Under the pieces are notes generated by a model. That model saw only the letters and a list, made by a program, of their open reading frames with translations. It was not told the origin of the DNA and made no database searches. Positions 38,149-48,760 of a DNA stretch of 64,000 nucleotides are shown piece by piece; position 1 is the stretch's first letter; each line of letters starts with the position of its first letter. Both the position numbers and the translations under genes were made by a program. Where the stretch lies: positions 1 through 64,000 of IMG/VR virus record IMGVR_UViG_3300037054_000148. The stretch is one strand, 5' to 3'.

Positions 38149-38779
38149 TCAATGGGTAAAAACAACCAGCAGTGCAAACATAATCCAAAAGCTCTAGCCG
38201 ATCTATAATGTCCACTTCTAAGCCAGTTATGTACCCATACAACATGTTACTGGCTTTCGTGCAGGCATCTCCAATCCAATCCTCTGAAGGCTTTGAAAGG
38301 AGGGCTGATTGAAACTCTAGTCTCAAGCTGAACGCAATCTGTTGAGGGATAGACCCCTCTACATCGTGCAAAAGGCTTACCACTTCGGTTAAACGACCGG
38401 TCGCATCATGAGGGTGATTCTCCAGACAGGACAGCTTGAAATATAGTTTTGCTACTGGTGAGAGGTCACTCCAAGAGGGCGACTTGTTCTCAATCATGAG
38501 TCTGTCCTCTTGCAAATCCCCGGCCAGCATATCATCGAGTTTGACTGTTTCAAACCTAGCTTTTGGCATACTCAATAGGAGGGCTCGTCGCTCTCGTTTT
38601 TCGTTTACCACATCAGACAATGAGCAACGGCAGGCCCCTGCGTTTCCTGATGCGGCTAAAATGAGTTGATCATACTGAAGCTCTTGTAGAACCGAAGGGG
38701 TAAATTTCTCCCCCCTTCGTTTCAGTTCTGCAAGCACATCATAGAAATCTTTGTTTTGACTAACGATAGATCGGACCAT
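38141..38779 (-). CDS. hypothetical protein
   Basis: 212 aa, overlaps the helicase start. Confidence 0.7.
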   Translation of the reverse strand: MVRSIVSQNKDFYDVLAELKRRGEKFTPSVLQELQYDQLILAASGNAGACRCSLSDVVNEKRERRALLLSMPKARFETVKLDDMLAGDLQEDRLMIENKSPSWSDLSPVAKLYFKLSCLENHPHDATGRLTEVVSLLHDVEGSIPQQIAFSLRLEFQSALLSKPSEDWIGDACTKASNMLYGYITGLEVDIIDRLELLDYVCTAGCFYPLSE

Positions 38780-38806
38780 ACGGTCTCCCCTATCTATTAC
38801 TCCGGC

Positions 38807-40966
<2,160 letters not shown>

Positions 40967-40991
40967 TCACATAAGGGATTCAGAAGATGTA

Positions 40992-41504
40992 TTACCCGTT
41001 GACCAGTTTAAATTTTGATTTGAGGGCGTCAATGTCTCCGGTGATACAGAATACCCCCGTGTCTTTAAGACATTCCTGCCACGAACCCCCCTCATGAACC
41101 TCAGAATGGGTGGAATCTGGCTCCAATTCATAGTCATTTAAGTCACCAAACTTAATCATGACTATGATTGGACTATTCTCTCCCTCAGAAGCGGTCTTTG
41201 CATCAGATTTGGCCTCATCTAGGCTGGTTGTAACCCGTAATTTGGTGGTCCCAGGCTCATTCCAATCGTTCAGGGTAGTCCCATGGTACAGCGAAACGTC
41301 AGGAGCGAGGGTCTGTTTCTCCGGCCCAACTGTGTATTGTTGTGGATTCGGGCTCCCACCATTGAACCCGCCATCTGGATTGCTTCGATAGCGGAGATCT
41401 TTGGCGTTTTGGGGCTCGAAATCATGAACCTTCCCGTCAATATCCAGCCCGTAGGCTCGATGTAACAGGGAGGCGGTAAAGCTAGGGAGTCTTGACATCT
41501 TCAT
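40992..41504 (-). CDS. hypothetical protein, weak ART-like motif
   Basis: LYHGT...VTTSLDEA. Confidence 0.55.
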   Translation of the reverse strand: MKMSRLPSFTASLLHRAYGLDIDGKVHDFEPQNAKDLRYRSNPDGGFNGGSPNPQQYTVGPEKQTLAPDVSLYHGTTLNDWNEPGTTKLRVTTSLDEAKSDAKTASEGENSPIIVMIKFGDLNDYELEPDSTHSEVHEGGSWQECLKDTGVFCITGDIDALKSKFKLVNG

Positions 41505-42039
41505 CCATCTTCTTTCTGCGATCTGACCAACTAACAGTCAATTCGTGGAATTGCTCCATCAGCTTCCATCGGGTGGCGTGAATTGGGTGGATGAGGGGCA
41601 TTCCTGCCTCCGCAGGGGTCCGGTCAGCCTTCTTTTGATTGCAAGCGAGGCAAGCCGCCACGAGGTTATTGGGTGCGGCACTGCCACCCCTGGACTTAGG
41701 GATCACATGGTCAACGGTGTCGGCCTTCTTCCCACAGTATTGGCAGATGTGCTCGTCCCGCTCCAAAATACCACGGTAGCCCTTACCCAGTTTGAGCTTG
41801 GTATCCTTGATGGCCTGCACACCTGGGTAGAGGATGCAGGCAAACTCATGGATGTCCTCGATCTCGTAGAGGGCCTTGCGGGTCCAGGTTTCCAGATCGA
41901 GAGCTTCTGCCCTCTCAGTGGCCAAAGCCTTGAGAGCATGACGGCGGCTAACTGCCATCATTGGCATGAAATGCATATCGACGGCGATCACCTGATCCCC
42001 CAGAGCCTTCTTATGGAGCCTTTTACTACCACTCATCAT
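41482..42039 (-). CDS. HNH endonuclease (McrA-like)
   Basis: RD...CQYCG...TVDHVIPKSRGG...NLVAAC..CN..K. Confidence 0.9.
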   Translation of the reverse strand: MMSGSKRLHKKALGDQVIAVDMHFMPMMAVSRRHALKALATERAEALDLETWTRKALYEIEDIHEFACILYPGVQAIKDTKLKLGKGYRGILERDEHICQYCGKKADTVDHVIPKSRGGSAAPNNLVAACLACNQKKADRTPAEAGMPLIHPIHATRWKLMEQFHELTVSWSDRRKKMDEDVKTP

Positions 42040-42086
42040 GGTTGCACCTTTGTAGAAGTGTTTGGTATTCGATTTGGTGAGACGAT

Positions 42087-43139
42087 CTACTTCTCTTTCA
42101 GGAGATATTTGTTATTAATCGCCTTGAAGCTGACCGTTTCACCGTTAACAAGCGAGGTGGATTTGAAAACTAGCCCTTCCCTGATCTGAGCGTTGAGACT
42201 TGGACCTGCTCCGGCAAAAGCGAGGATTTCTTCCATGGTTGGGTAGGTCTGGAATACTCTCAGATCCTCATGGATGACTGGAACAGAGTGGAGGTGCTCT
42301 CCCTTGGGGAGAAGAACTTCGAGGGCCTGGAGGACATCCTGACGCTCCTGGCGGGTCATATAGCGATGAGCATCAATGTCCCAGATATCGAAGACAAAGA
42401 GTTCCTGACCCTTGAGTTTTTCGTTATTTCCTTGGATTCCCTCTCCGATCAGTTCCCCCTGGATGGCGATGTTGAGCCCCAGGTATTTCAGAAGTTCAAC
42501 GAGGTTCAGGCGGTTGATGATCCTCCAGAAGGAGTTGTTCTGATCCTCTTTGAGGTCCAGATTCCGGCTGCAAACTCCGGTATCTCCATTCCGATGGTAG
42601 ACGGTCATGCTCGAACCGTCAAGTTTGACCGTAGTTTCGAAGCCCAGATCCCTGTGCTCCTCGAAGAACTCAGAGAGGTTCTGGATCCGCTCTTGATCGG
42701 TTTTGCGAATGAAGCCAGGAAACATGCCCTTGACCTGACCAGCAAGGCAAGCGGGGATTGGGGGCTCGTATTTAAGGACACCCAATTGCTCGGTGACATC
42801 TGCCCCTTCGTCCATGCTGTGAATCTTATTGTTGGCCAGCACGTAGAGGGGAAGAATGAGCCCCTGACTAACCTGTCCACGCAATTTGACTGTGCGGAGC
42901 CGTTCACCACGAACCCCTTCATACTCACGGGGCTCCTGTCCTTCTTTGGTGAGGAAGGGAGCGAGTGCAGTTGGCACCCATGAATCGATTTCCAAATATA
43001 CGATGGGGTCGCCAACACTGAACTCTCCCTTGCCGACTACAACTTTCCACCCACCTACGGTGGCAACTTCGATTTTGTCGGCCCCTTCGATAGGGTCAAT
43101 GCTGAGGATGTGTCTGACACTGGCTAGTTTGCGTTCCAT
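42087..43139 (-). CDS. ATP-dependent RNA ligase, DRB0094 family
   Basis: RKLASV..I..I.PI.GAD.IE N-terminal domain, KTDQER, KLDGSS, EGLVFK, SFKAINN.YL. Confidence 0.92.
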   Translation of the reverse strand: MERKLASVRHILSIDPIEGADKIEVATVGGWKVVVGKGEFSVGDPIVYLEIDSWVPTALAPFLTKEGQEPREYEGVRGERLRTVKLRGQVSQGLILPLYVLANNKIHSMDEGADVTEQLGVLKYEPPIPACLAGQVKGMFPGFIRKTDQERIQNLSEFFEEHRDLGFETTVKLDGSSMTVYHRNGDTGVCSRNLDLKEDQNNSFWRIINRLNLVELLKYLGLNIAIQGELIGEGIQGNNEKLKGQELFVFDIWDIDAHRYMTRQERQDVLQALEVLLPKGEHLHSVPVIHEDLRVFQTYPTMEEILAFAGAGPSLNAQIREGLVFKSTSLVNGETVSFKAINNKYLLKEK

Positions 43140-43320
43140 TTGATTTCTCCTTGAAAATTTCCTGATGAATTGCGGAATAAATGGCGAGAGCCTTTTCGGA
43201 TACCTCTTCCCTTATGGGTTCTGGAGTCTCCTGAAGGATCTTGAGCAGCAGCGCCCTGAGTTTTAGGAGACGTTCTGAAGTTTCACGGTCTAAGCTGTGG
43301 TGGGGAAGTGGTATGAGCAA
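43096..43320 (-). CDS. hypothetical protein
   Basis: 74 aa directly after promoter. Confidence 0.45.
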   Translation of the reverse strand: MLIPLPHHSLDRETSERLLKLRALLLKILQETPEPIREEVSEKALAIYSAIHQEIFKEKSNGTQTSQCQTHPQH

Positions 43321-43336
43321 AATTAGCCTCTGTCAT

Positions 43337-43366
43337 ATTATACCCAGATTTGGGTAGGAATGTCTA
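43337..43366 (-). promoter_or_regulatory. sigma70-like early promoter
   Basis: TAGACA-N18-TATAAT. Confidence 0.7.
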
Positions 43367-43367
43367 C

Positions 43368-43404
43368 AAAAAAAATGAGGACCGAACATTCGCCCGGTCC
43401 TCAT
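43368..43404 (-). terminator. intrinsic terminator after rIIB
   Basis: ATGAGGACCG/CGGTCCTCAT stem followed by a U run. Confidence 0.7.
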
Positions 43405-43435
43405 CACATCTCTATCTTAGGAGGAGGAGAGATGC

Positions 43436-44551
43436 TTACTTTTCACCGGCCAGGGTTTCGATGACCTGGAGAACCTTACCCATGGTGGAGGGCTTGAAGA
43501 ACCGGCCCTCAGCTTCAACCCGATCCGCATAAATCCGGAGAGGCATATCCAGAGCGGTAGCCACCTGAGTCTGGGTCAGGCCCCTGAGCAGACGAGCCTT
43601 GGTGATGGGGTTGTGGATATGAGAGAGGTCCGCTTCTTCAGGGACGGCGAACAGGTTGGGCTCTTCGTCCGACACATGGGCCAGGAAGTGCTCTCCGTCA
43701 TCGGTTTCCGCACAGACACAATCGCTGACCGGATCCCCACATTCGGAGCAGATACTATCACCGGGTTCATCCTGGAACTCCTCCTCCTCGAATTCACCCG
43801 GAGCCACAGAGGTGGAGAATGCTTCATACCGCTGGACATCGGTCCCACCGTACTCGTCAATCACCTCATAGGCGCAACAACGTCCCTTGGCGAAGTGGTA
43901 GTCGTTGGGGATGGAGGTCACATCCTTGGGGTTGATCTTCACGACCATCACCCGCTCCCCACCGAAACAGGTCAGATAGGAGAGGCCGCAGAAGTGGTAG
44001 CCGGTGGAGCAGTGGTTGGTGCGAATCGGGTCACAAAGATTGCGATACATGGAGGGCTTCTCGCCCACCTTGTTGCTGATGCTCTGGCTGTAGCAGTCCA
44101 GGTAGTCCTCCCGCACCTTCTTGTAGGCCAGGAAGCAACCATCCTCAGTGATGGGCAGCCCATTTTTCTCCAGGAACTCGTACAGTTCGTTGATCGCATG
44201 GGGAGCCGGATTGAGGAACAGGTTCTTCAGGAAGTTGAGCATGGGGGTCGTATCGAAACCCTCAGCGAACATCCGGGGAAGCCGGTCAGCGAGACTGTGA
44301 TGCAGGGGCTCCTGGCCATAATAGACCATGGACTCCTCGGCGTTCCACCAGATCTCACCCTTGAGGTTGACGGCTCGTTCGAGGTAGGTAGCAGCCTCTT
44401 CCCAGTTGCCGGTAACCACGCAGTCCTTGACTTGCTGGTAAAGACAACTGGTCTTGCTGATCGTATAGTTGACTCCGCCGATCACGACGACCAGGGAATC
44501 ACCGGCAATGATGAAGGCACCGGTCTTGGGACTTGCGAGTGCTGCGGTCAT
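43436..44551 (-). CDS. rIIB: rIIB-like protein with C-terminal HTH
   Basis: L..NP....ELY.FL, ITEDGCFLAYK, CSTG.H, V.INP.DV.SIP.DY...KGRCC.Y.V. Confidence 0.88.
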   Translation of the reverse strand: MTAALASPKTGAFIIAGDSLVVVIGGVNYTISKTSCLYQQVKDCVVTGNWEEAATYLERAVNLKGEIWWNAEESMVYYGQEPLHHSLADRLPRMFAEGFDTTPMLNFLKNLFLNPAPHAINELYEFLEKNGLPITEDGCFLAYKKVREDYLDCYSQSISNKVGEKPSMYRNLCDPIRTNHCSTGYHFCGLSYLTCFGGERVMVVKINPKDVTSIPNDYHFAKGRCCAYEVIDEYGGTDVQRYEAFSTSVAPGEFEEEEFQDEPGDSICSECGDPVSDCVCAETDDGEHFLAHVSDEEPNLFAVPEEADLSHIHNPITKARLLRGLTQTQVATALDMPLRIYADRVEAEGRFFKPSTMGKVLQVIETLAGEK

Positions 44552-44571
44552 GAGAGTTCTCTCCTCAGAAT

Positions 44572-44601
44572 ATTATACCCGTTATTGGGTGGGGTTGCAT
44601 A
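44572..44601 (-). promoter_or_regulatory. sigma70-like early promoter
   Basis: TATGCA-N18-TATAAT. Confidence 0.6.
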
Positions 44602-44609
44602 GAAAAACT

Positions 44610-46763
44610 TCAGATTTTTTCGGTGAGGAACAGGGCCTCAATCAGGCTGACAGCCTCTTTCAACTGGCTCCATTCGGTATAGTGAGTGAACGCACTGGCC
44701 ACCAGCTTGAACTTATCCATGACTTTGGAGAGGTTGGGCATTTCGACAGCGTGGCTACTCTGATTGATCGGACTCCGACCCATCACCCTGGCCAGTTCAA
44801 GGCGAACCTTATAGGCGGCAAGGATTTTTTCGGAAGAGAAGTGAGTCCGGTAGGCTTTTTCGATGTCAGCGATAGCCGGAATAGTTCGATTGTCATCGTT
44901 GATGCCGACCGACTGAAGAGTGTCTTCCAGGTTCCGACGAGGGGTCTTCAGACCGGTGTCATAGAAGGAGACGGAAGTAGCCTGCTTCAGTTCCTCCAGT
45001 TCAGCAGGGGCAAATACCACCGCTTTCAGCGCCACCTGGGTCAAGTCTACCCACTTTTCCCGTTCCTCTGGATCCATCTTGTTCAGTTCGGTCATGAAAC
45101 GGGGGCTACCGCTGAAGATCTGGTCATCGGCAGCCATGTGACCCAACTGAACCATCAGCTTGCAGAGACCATACAGGCTGCGGGGCTCTGAAATGTGGTC
45201 TTCAGGGCAGGACATGCCATCCTTGAGACCGGGCTGGTTCTTGAAAGTGCGGATGTAGAAGTATTGATCACCACTGAAGTCTTCATCTTCGTCCACTTCA
45301 GCCCATGCGCCCTTCCAGGCCGTAGCAGTCATCTGGAACACCTGAAAAGAGTTCTTGAGCTTGCCAGAGGCGGTCCGAACAATCTTAGGCAGTTCGGCCT
45401 TCATCGTGCTCAGGAGTTTGATTTCAGTCGGTCCACCCAACACACTGGAAATGAACTCATTGATGTCTTCCTGCACGGCTTCAAATTTCTGACCGAAGCC
45501 AGGGCCAATCAGGTACCACACCGTGCCGCTGCCGCCCTGGCCAAACTGCTTGATCCAGCGGGTCAGCACCCCCTTAGAGCCCCTAGTGAGGTCGTTGCGG
45601 ACCAGAATGTGAGTCTGAGGTTTGACGAAATTGTTGCTCGTCTCCTTCACACCATGCCGGTAGCCCCGCTTCTCACAGGCATACAGGGACAGGGTGGGGT
45701 GGTCCTGGGGCTTAATCTCGATGTAGTCCGGAACCTTCTGACCGTTCCACATGATGTCCACGTTCTTCAAGGCGTAACGGATGGAGTTGTTCTTCATCAG
45801 TTCATTAAAGAGCGTGACTGCTTCCCACAGAGTCGGGGCATTGGCGATAGTCTTGCTTACTTCCGCACCAATTTCTGTGGCGACCATCTTGATGCGGTCG
45901 TCCAGATTCTTGGAAGTGGCCTTGTTCATCGAAAGAGATTCGCGGGACGCCGAAACTTCGAGTTCACCGATCTCGAAGAACATGTCCACACCCAGCCAGA
46001 GCAGTTCGTCGGCCTGGGCATCATTCGTATGAGGAACCGGGTAGGCGACCACACCCTGGATGGCCCTGCCCCCACCATCTCCGTAAGCATCCTTACGAAT
46101 GGCCCAACCGGTACCCTTGGTGGAGTAGACGGGCTTTTCGATTCGGATCTTGGCTCCAGTGAAGTTGGGAGTGACAGGAAAATAGGTGAAGGTGTGGACC
46201 GCATCCGTCTGGAAAGTGTAGAAGTCATTGGACTTGACAGCCATCTGGACATCCAGACCGGTGGGACCATCATAGGCTTCTTCCGACATCTTGACGATGC
46301 TGGGCATTCCCTCATCCGTGAAGAAGGCGGTGTAAATCTTCTTCATCCCGTCGAAACGACTGGTGACGGTGAAGGTCTGCGTATAGCAGAAGGGGCTCTT
46401 GGAGCCCAGACCCAGCGCACCAATGTAGTCATTGGAGTCGGTCTTGGTGCTGCTGAAGTAGGTCGTGTAGAGTCCGTAGATGTCCTCTTCGGAGAGACCA
46501 GGGCCGAAGTCAGAGACCCGGAAAAAGGGCTCGAACTGGTTCGGAAGGTGAATGTCGAACGGCTTTTTCGCAGCCCCTACGGCCACGTGGGCATCATAAG
46601 CGTTGCAGGACAATTCGCGGATCACCGCCTTGATCTTATGGGTGTAGAGTCCACTGCTCAAGATCTGGAACGCCTTAGCGTTCGCATTGATCTTGAAGGT
46701 GCCGATCTGATTGGTGAGCCCACCAGTGACCAGAGCCGCCGCACCACTTTCTTGAAGCTTCAT
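44610..46763 (-). CDS. rIIA: rIIA-like protein (GHKL ATPase N-terminus)
   Basis: RELSCNAYDAH, DFGPGL, STK, GLGSKSPF, SRESLS; adjacent to rIIB; start at MKLQ, downstream of the promoter. Confidence 0.9.
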   Translation of the reverse strand: MKLQESGAAALVTGGLTNQIGTFKINANAKAFQILSSGLYTHKIKAVIRELSCNAYDAHVAVGAAKKPFDIHLPNQFEPFFRVSDFGPGLSEEDIYGLYTTYFSSTKTDSNDYIGALGLGSKSPFCYTQTFTVTSRFDGMKKIYTAFFTDEGMPSIVKMSEEAYDGPTGLDVQMAVKSNDFYTFQTDAVHTFTYFPVTPNFTGAKIRIEKPVYSTKGTGWAIRKDAYGDGGGRAIQGVVAYPVPHTNDAQADELLWLGVDMFFEIGELEVSASRESLSMNKATSKNLDDRIKMVATEIGAEVSKTIANAPTLWEAVTLFNELMKNNSIRYALKNVDIMWNGQKVPDYIEIKPQDHPTLSLYACEKRGYRHGVKETSNNFVKPQTHILVRNDLTRGSKGVLTRWIKQFGQGGSGTVWYLIGPGFGQKFEAVQEDINEFISSVLGGPTEIKLLSTMKAELPKIVRTASGKLKNSFQVFQMTATAWKGAWAEVDEDEDFSGDQYFYIRTFKNQPGLKDGMSCPEDHISEPRSLYGLCKLMVQLGHMAADDQIFSGSPRFMTELNKMDPEEREKWVDLTQVALKAVVFAPAELEELKQATSVSFYDTGLKTPRRNLEDTLQSVGINDDNRTIPAIADIEKAYRTHFSSEKILAAYKVRLELARVMGRSPINQSSHAVEMPNLSKVMDKFKLVASAFTHYTEWSQLKEAVSLIEALFLTEKI

Positions 46764-46781
46764 GTTTTCCCCTCCACAATC

Positions 46782-46811
46782 AGTATACCGCACTGACTGA
46801 GGATATGTATA
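46782..46811 (-). promoter_or_regulatory. sigma70-like early promoter
   Basis: TATACA-N18-TATACT. Confidence 0.65.
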
Positions 46812-46820
46812 GGAGAAACT

Positions 46821-47141
46821 TTAATTTTCTCTGCCCCTCAGTTGCTCCAGGGCCTCCTCATCCCATTTGGGGATCCCACCCTCTACCTCCATGGCATACT
46901 TTTCGGCTTCCGGATCTTCCGGATCGAAGCTGACCACGACCTCACGGTATGTTCCGAAGTCATGGTCCTGTGCCTTGATGGTCAAGAAGGCTTTGGTTGG
47001 GAGAACCCCAAACACTCGGAGAAGCTGCTCCATGTAGACCCTGCACTCAAGCAAATTCTGCTGAGTGAAGTTGGGGTCCACCGTCTGGGCACAGTCCTCC
47101 TCGTAGGGGGCCGAACCGATGAAAAACGTTTCTTGATTCAT
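46821..47141 (-). CDS. conserved hypothetical protein
   Basis: IGSAP.EE.CAQ, HDFG.Y.EV; AGGAGG RBS. Confidence 0.75.
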   Translation of the reverse strand: MNQETFFIGSAPYEEDCAQTVDPNFTQQNLLECRVYMEQLLRVFGVLPTKAFLTIKAQDHDFGTYREVVVSFDPEDPEAEKYAMEVEGGIPKWDEEALEQLRGREN

Positions 47142-47163
47142 TTTACCCCTCCTTTAGGGATGT

Positions 47164-47547
47164 TCAATTCATATTCAAGAATGGCAGTATGTCCACATCA
47201 AAGAAAACTTTGATCAGTGCGGCTGCCAAAAACCCAAAAAATACTAGTCCGACGATAGTGTAGACGGCATAGGCGAAGAAGTTGAACACTTTAATGATAT
47301 CTGCCGGGTTATCCTGCACCATAATCTCACGAGATTCTCCGGTGTCCAAATAGATGGTTCGTGGCACCTTCGGACGATCTGAAAATTGCTCACAGAAATA
47401 CCAGACTGCATAGACGGTGAACACAGCCAGAAAGTAAATGACCGCAAAGCATACGGCAAAGACGCAGAAAGCTAGAATTGCCCAAATAATCCCGATGAGA
47501 GTGATCCCGCCCCAGAATCCTTCTTCTTGAACATGCTCGTTGCTCAT
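47164..47547 (-). CDS. membrane protein
   Basis: Long hydrophobic segments. Confidence 0.65.
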   Translation of the reverse strand: MSNEHVQEEGFWGGITLIGIIWAILAFCVFAVCFAVIYFLAVFTVYAVWYFCEQFSDRPKVPRTIYLDTGESREIMVQDNPADIIKVFNFFAYAVYTIVGLVFFGFLAAALIKVFFDVDILPFLNMN

Positions 47548-47563
47548 CGGAGCCCCCTACCAT

Positions 47564-47593
47564 ATTATACTGGATGGGGGTGAGATATGTATA
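47564..47593 (-). promoter_or_regulatory. sigma70-like early promoter
   Basis: TATACA-N18-TATAAT. Confidence 0.7.
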
Positions 47594-47603
47594 CAAAAGA
47601 TTT

Positions 47604-48038
47604 TCAGCGACCCGTCGATCCAAACCCCGCATCCTTGCGTTGGCTCTTCTCCTGCCCCTCTAAAAATTCTTCTTCGGATATCTCAGTCAAGGGCATAAGC
47701 GTAAGCTGCTCAAGACTAAACTGGCAAATAGCATCACCGGCCTGAAGATGAAGTGGGGGGTAAGCGGAGGCAATGACCTTGAGTTCTCCCGTATACTCAT
47801 TATCAATTACCCCTCCGTGAATCTTCAATCCCTTCAGGGCTTTACCACTTTTTTCAAGAAACTTGACCCAATATCCAGGAGGAATGAGGAGCTTGATACC
47901 TGTTGGGTAGGCATGGGGGGCCTCGGTTACAAGACATTCCTGGTTCACAAACAAATCGTAACCTGTATCTGTAAAATTTGCCTTGGAGGGCAACTTAGCC
48001 GTAGGGGCGGATCGAAAAACACGCAATGCTTCATTCAT
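47604..48038 (-). CDS. dut: dUTPase
   Basis: GYDL, GVIDNEYTGE, RKDAGFGSTG. Confidence 0.92.
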   Translation of the reverse strand: MNEALRVFRSAPTAKLPSKANFTDTGYDLFVNQECLVTEAPHAYPTGIKLLIPPGYWVKFLEKSGKALKGLKIHGGVIDNEYTGELKVIASAYPPLHLQAGDAICQFSLEQLTLMPLTEISEEEFLEGQEKSQRKDAGFGSTGR

Positions 48039-48760
48039 AACTTCTCCTTCGTGGTAATTGATATAAAGAATTTCTGAACAAAAGGATTTAGTTTATGGTT
48101 GTGCCCATCATGTGCAGATATTTTGTGACAGTAATGGCACAAAGTTATCAAATTAGACATAAGAATGGCCTTTGTGTTATCTTTACTTAAGGGGATAATG
48201 TGATGGACTCTTAAATTATAATGGTCCCCACAAATTTGACATTTAAACCCATCTCGTAGTAAGACTTTACGTTTAACTCCAGAAGATTTTATCACCCCCC
48301 TTAGCTGCTCATCAATTGAAGTGAGAAGGGTATTCTCATCTCTGCCAGAAGATTTTCTGTAGTGTCTAAAATAATCTCTTACACAATCCCTCTGTAAGCA
48401 ACCACACGAAGCAGTGCTAGCTTTTAAATGAGAGGTTGAGACAACGACCTCGTTACCACAGGAGCACATACATTTCCAAAAGGTGTCCCTCCCTCCTACT
48501 TTAGATGCTCGTTCCAAGACTGTGAGCCTTCCGAATGTTTTTCCTTCTAAGGGGGCTACTCGTGAGCACCCACAAGAAGATGTCTTTCTCCCAGAGTAAG
48601 TAAGCCGCTGGCTCTGAATCTCTACTTGATTACCACAGGAACATTGACATACCCAGTAGCAGCTACCATTTTTACTCCTTCGTGAAGATGGGGATACCAC
48701 CGTCAGTTTTCCCACTATTAACCCTGTTAGGTCTCTAATCCCACTTTTCATCCTACCCAC
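48035..48760 (-). CDS. HNH homing endonuclease
   Basis: Two L.G..FG.LTV...W.C.CSCG...SCGC repeats plus an HNH domain; sits between nrdJ and dut. Confidence 0.85.
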   Translation of the reverse strand: MGRMKSGIRDLTGLIVGKLTVVSPSSRRSKNGSCYWVCQCSCGNQVEIQSQRLTYSGRKTSSCGCSRVAPLEGKTFGRLTVLERASKVGGRDTFWKCMCSCGNEVVVSTSHLKASTASCGCLQRDCVRDYFRHYRKSSGRDENTLLTSIDEQLRGVIKSSGVKRKVLLRDGFKCQICGDHYNLRVHHIIPLSKDNTKAILMSNLITLCHYCHKISAHDGHNHKLNPFVQKFFISITTKEKL

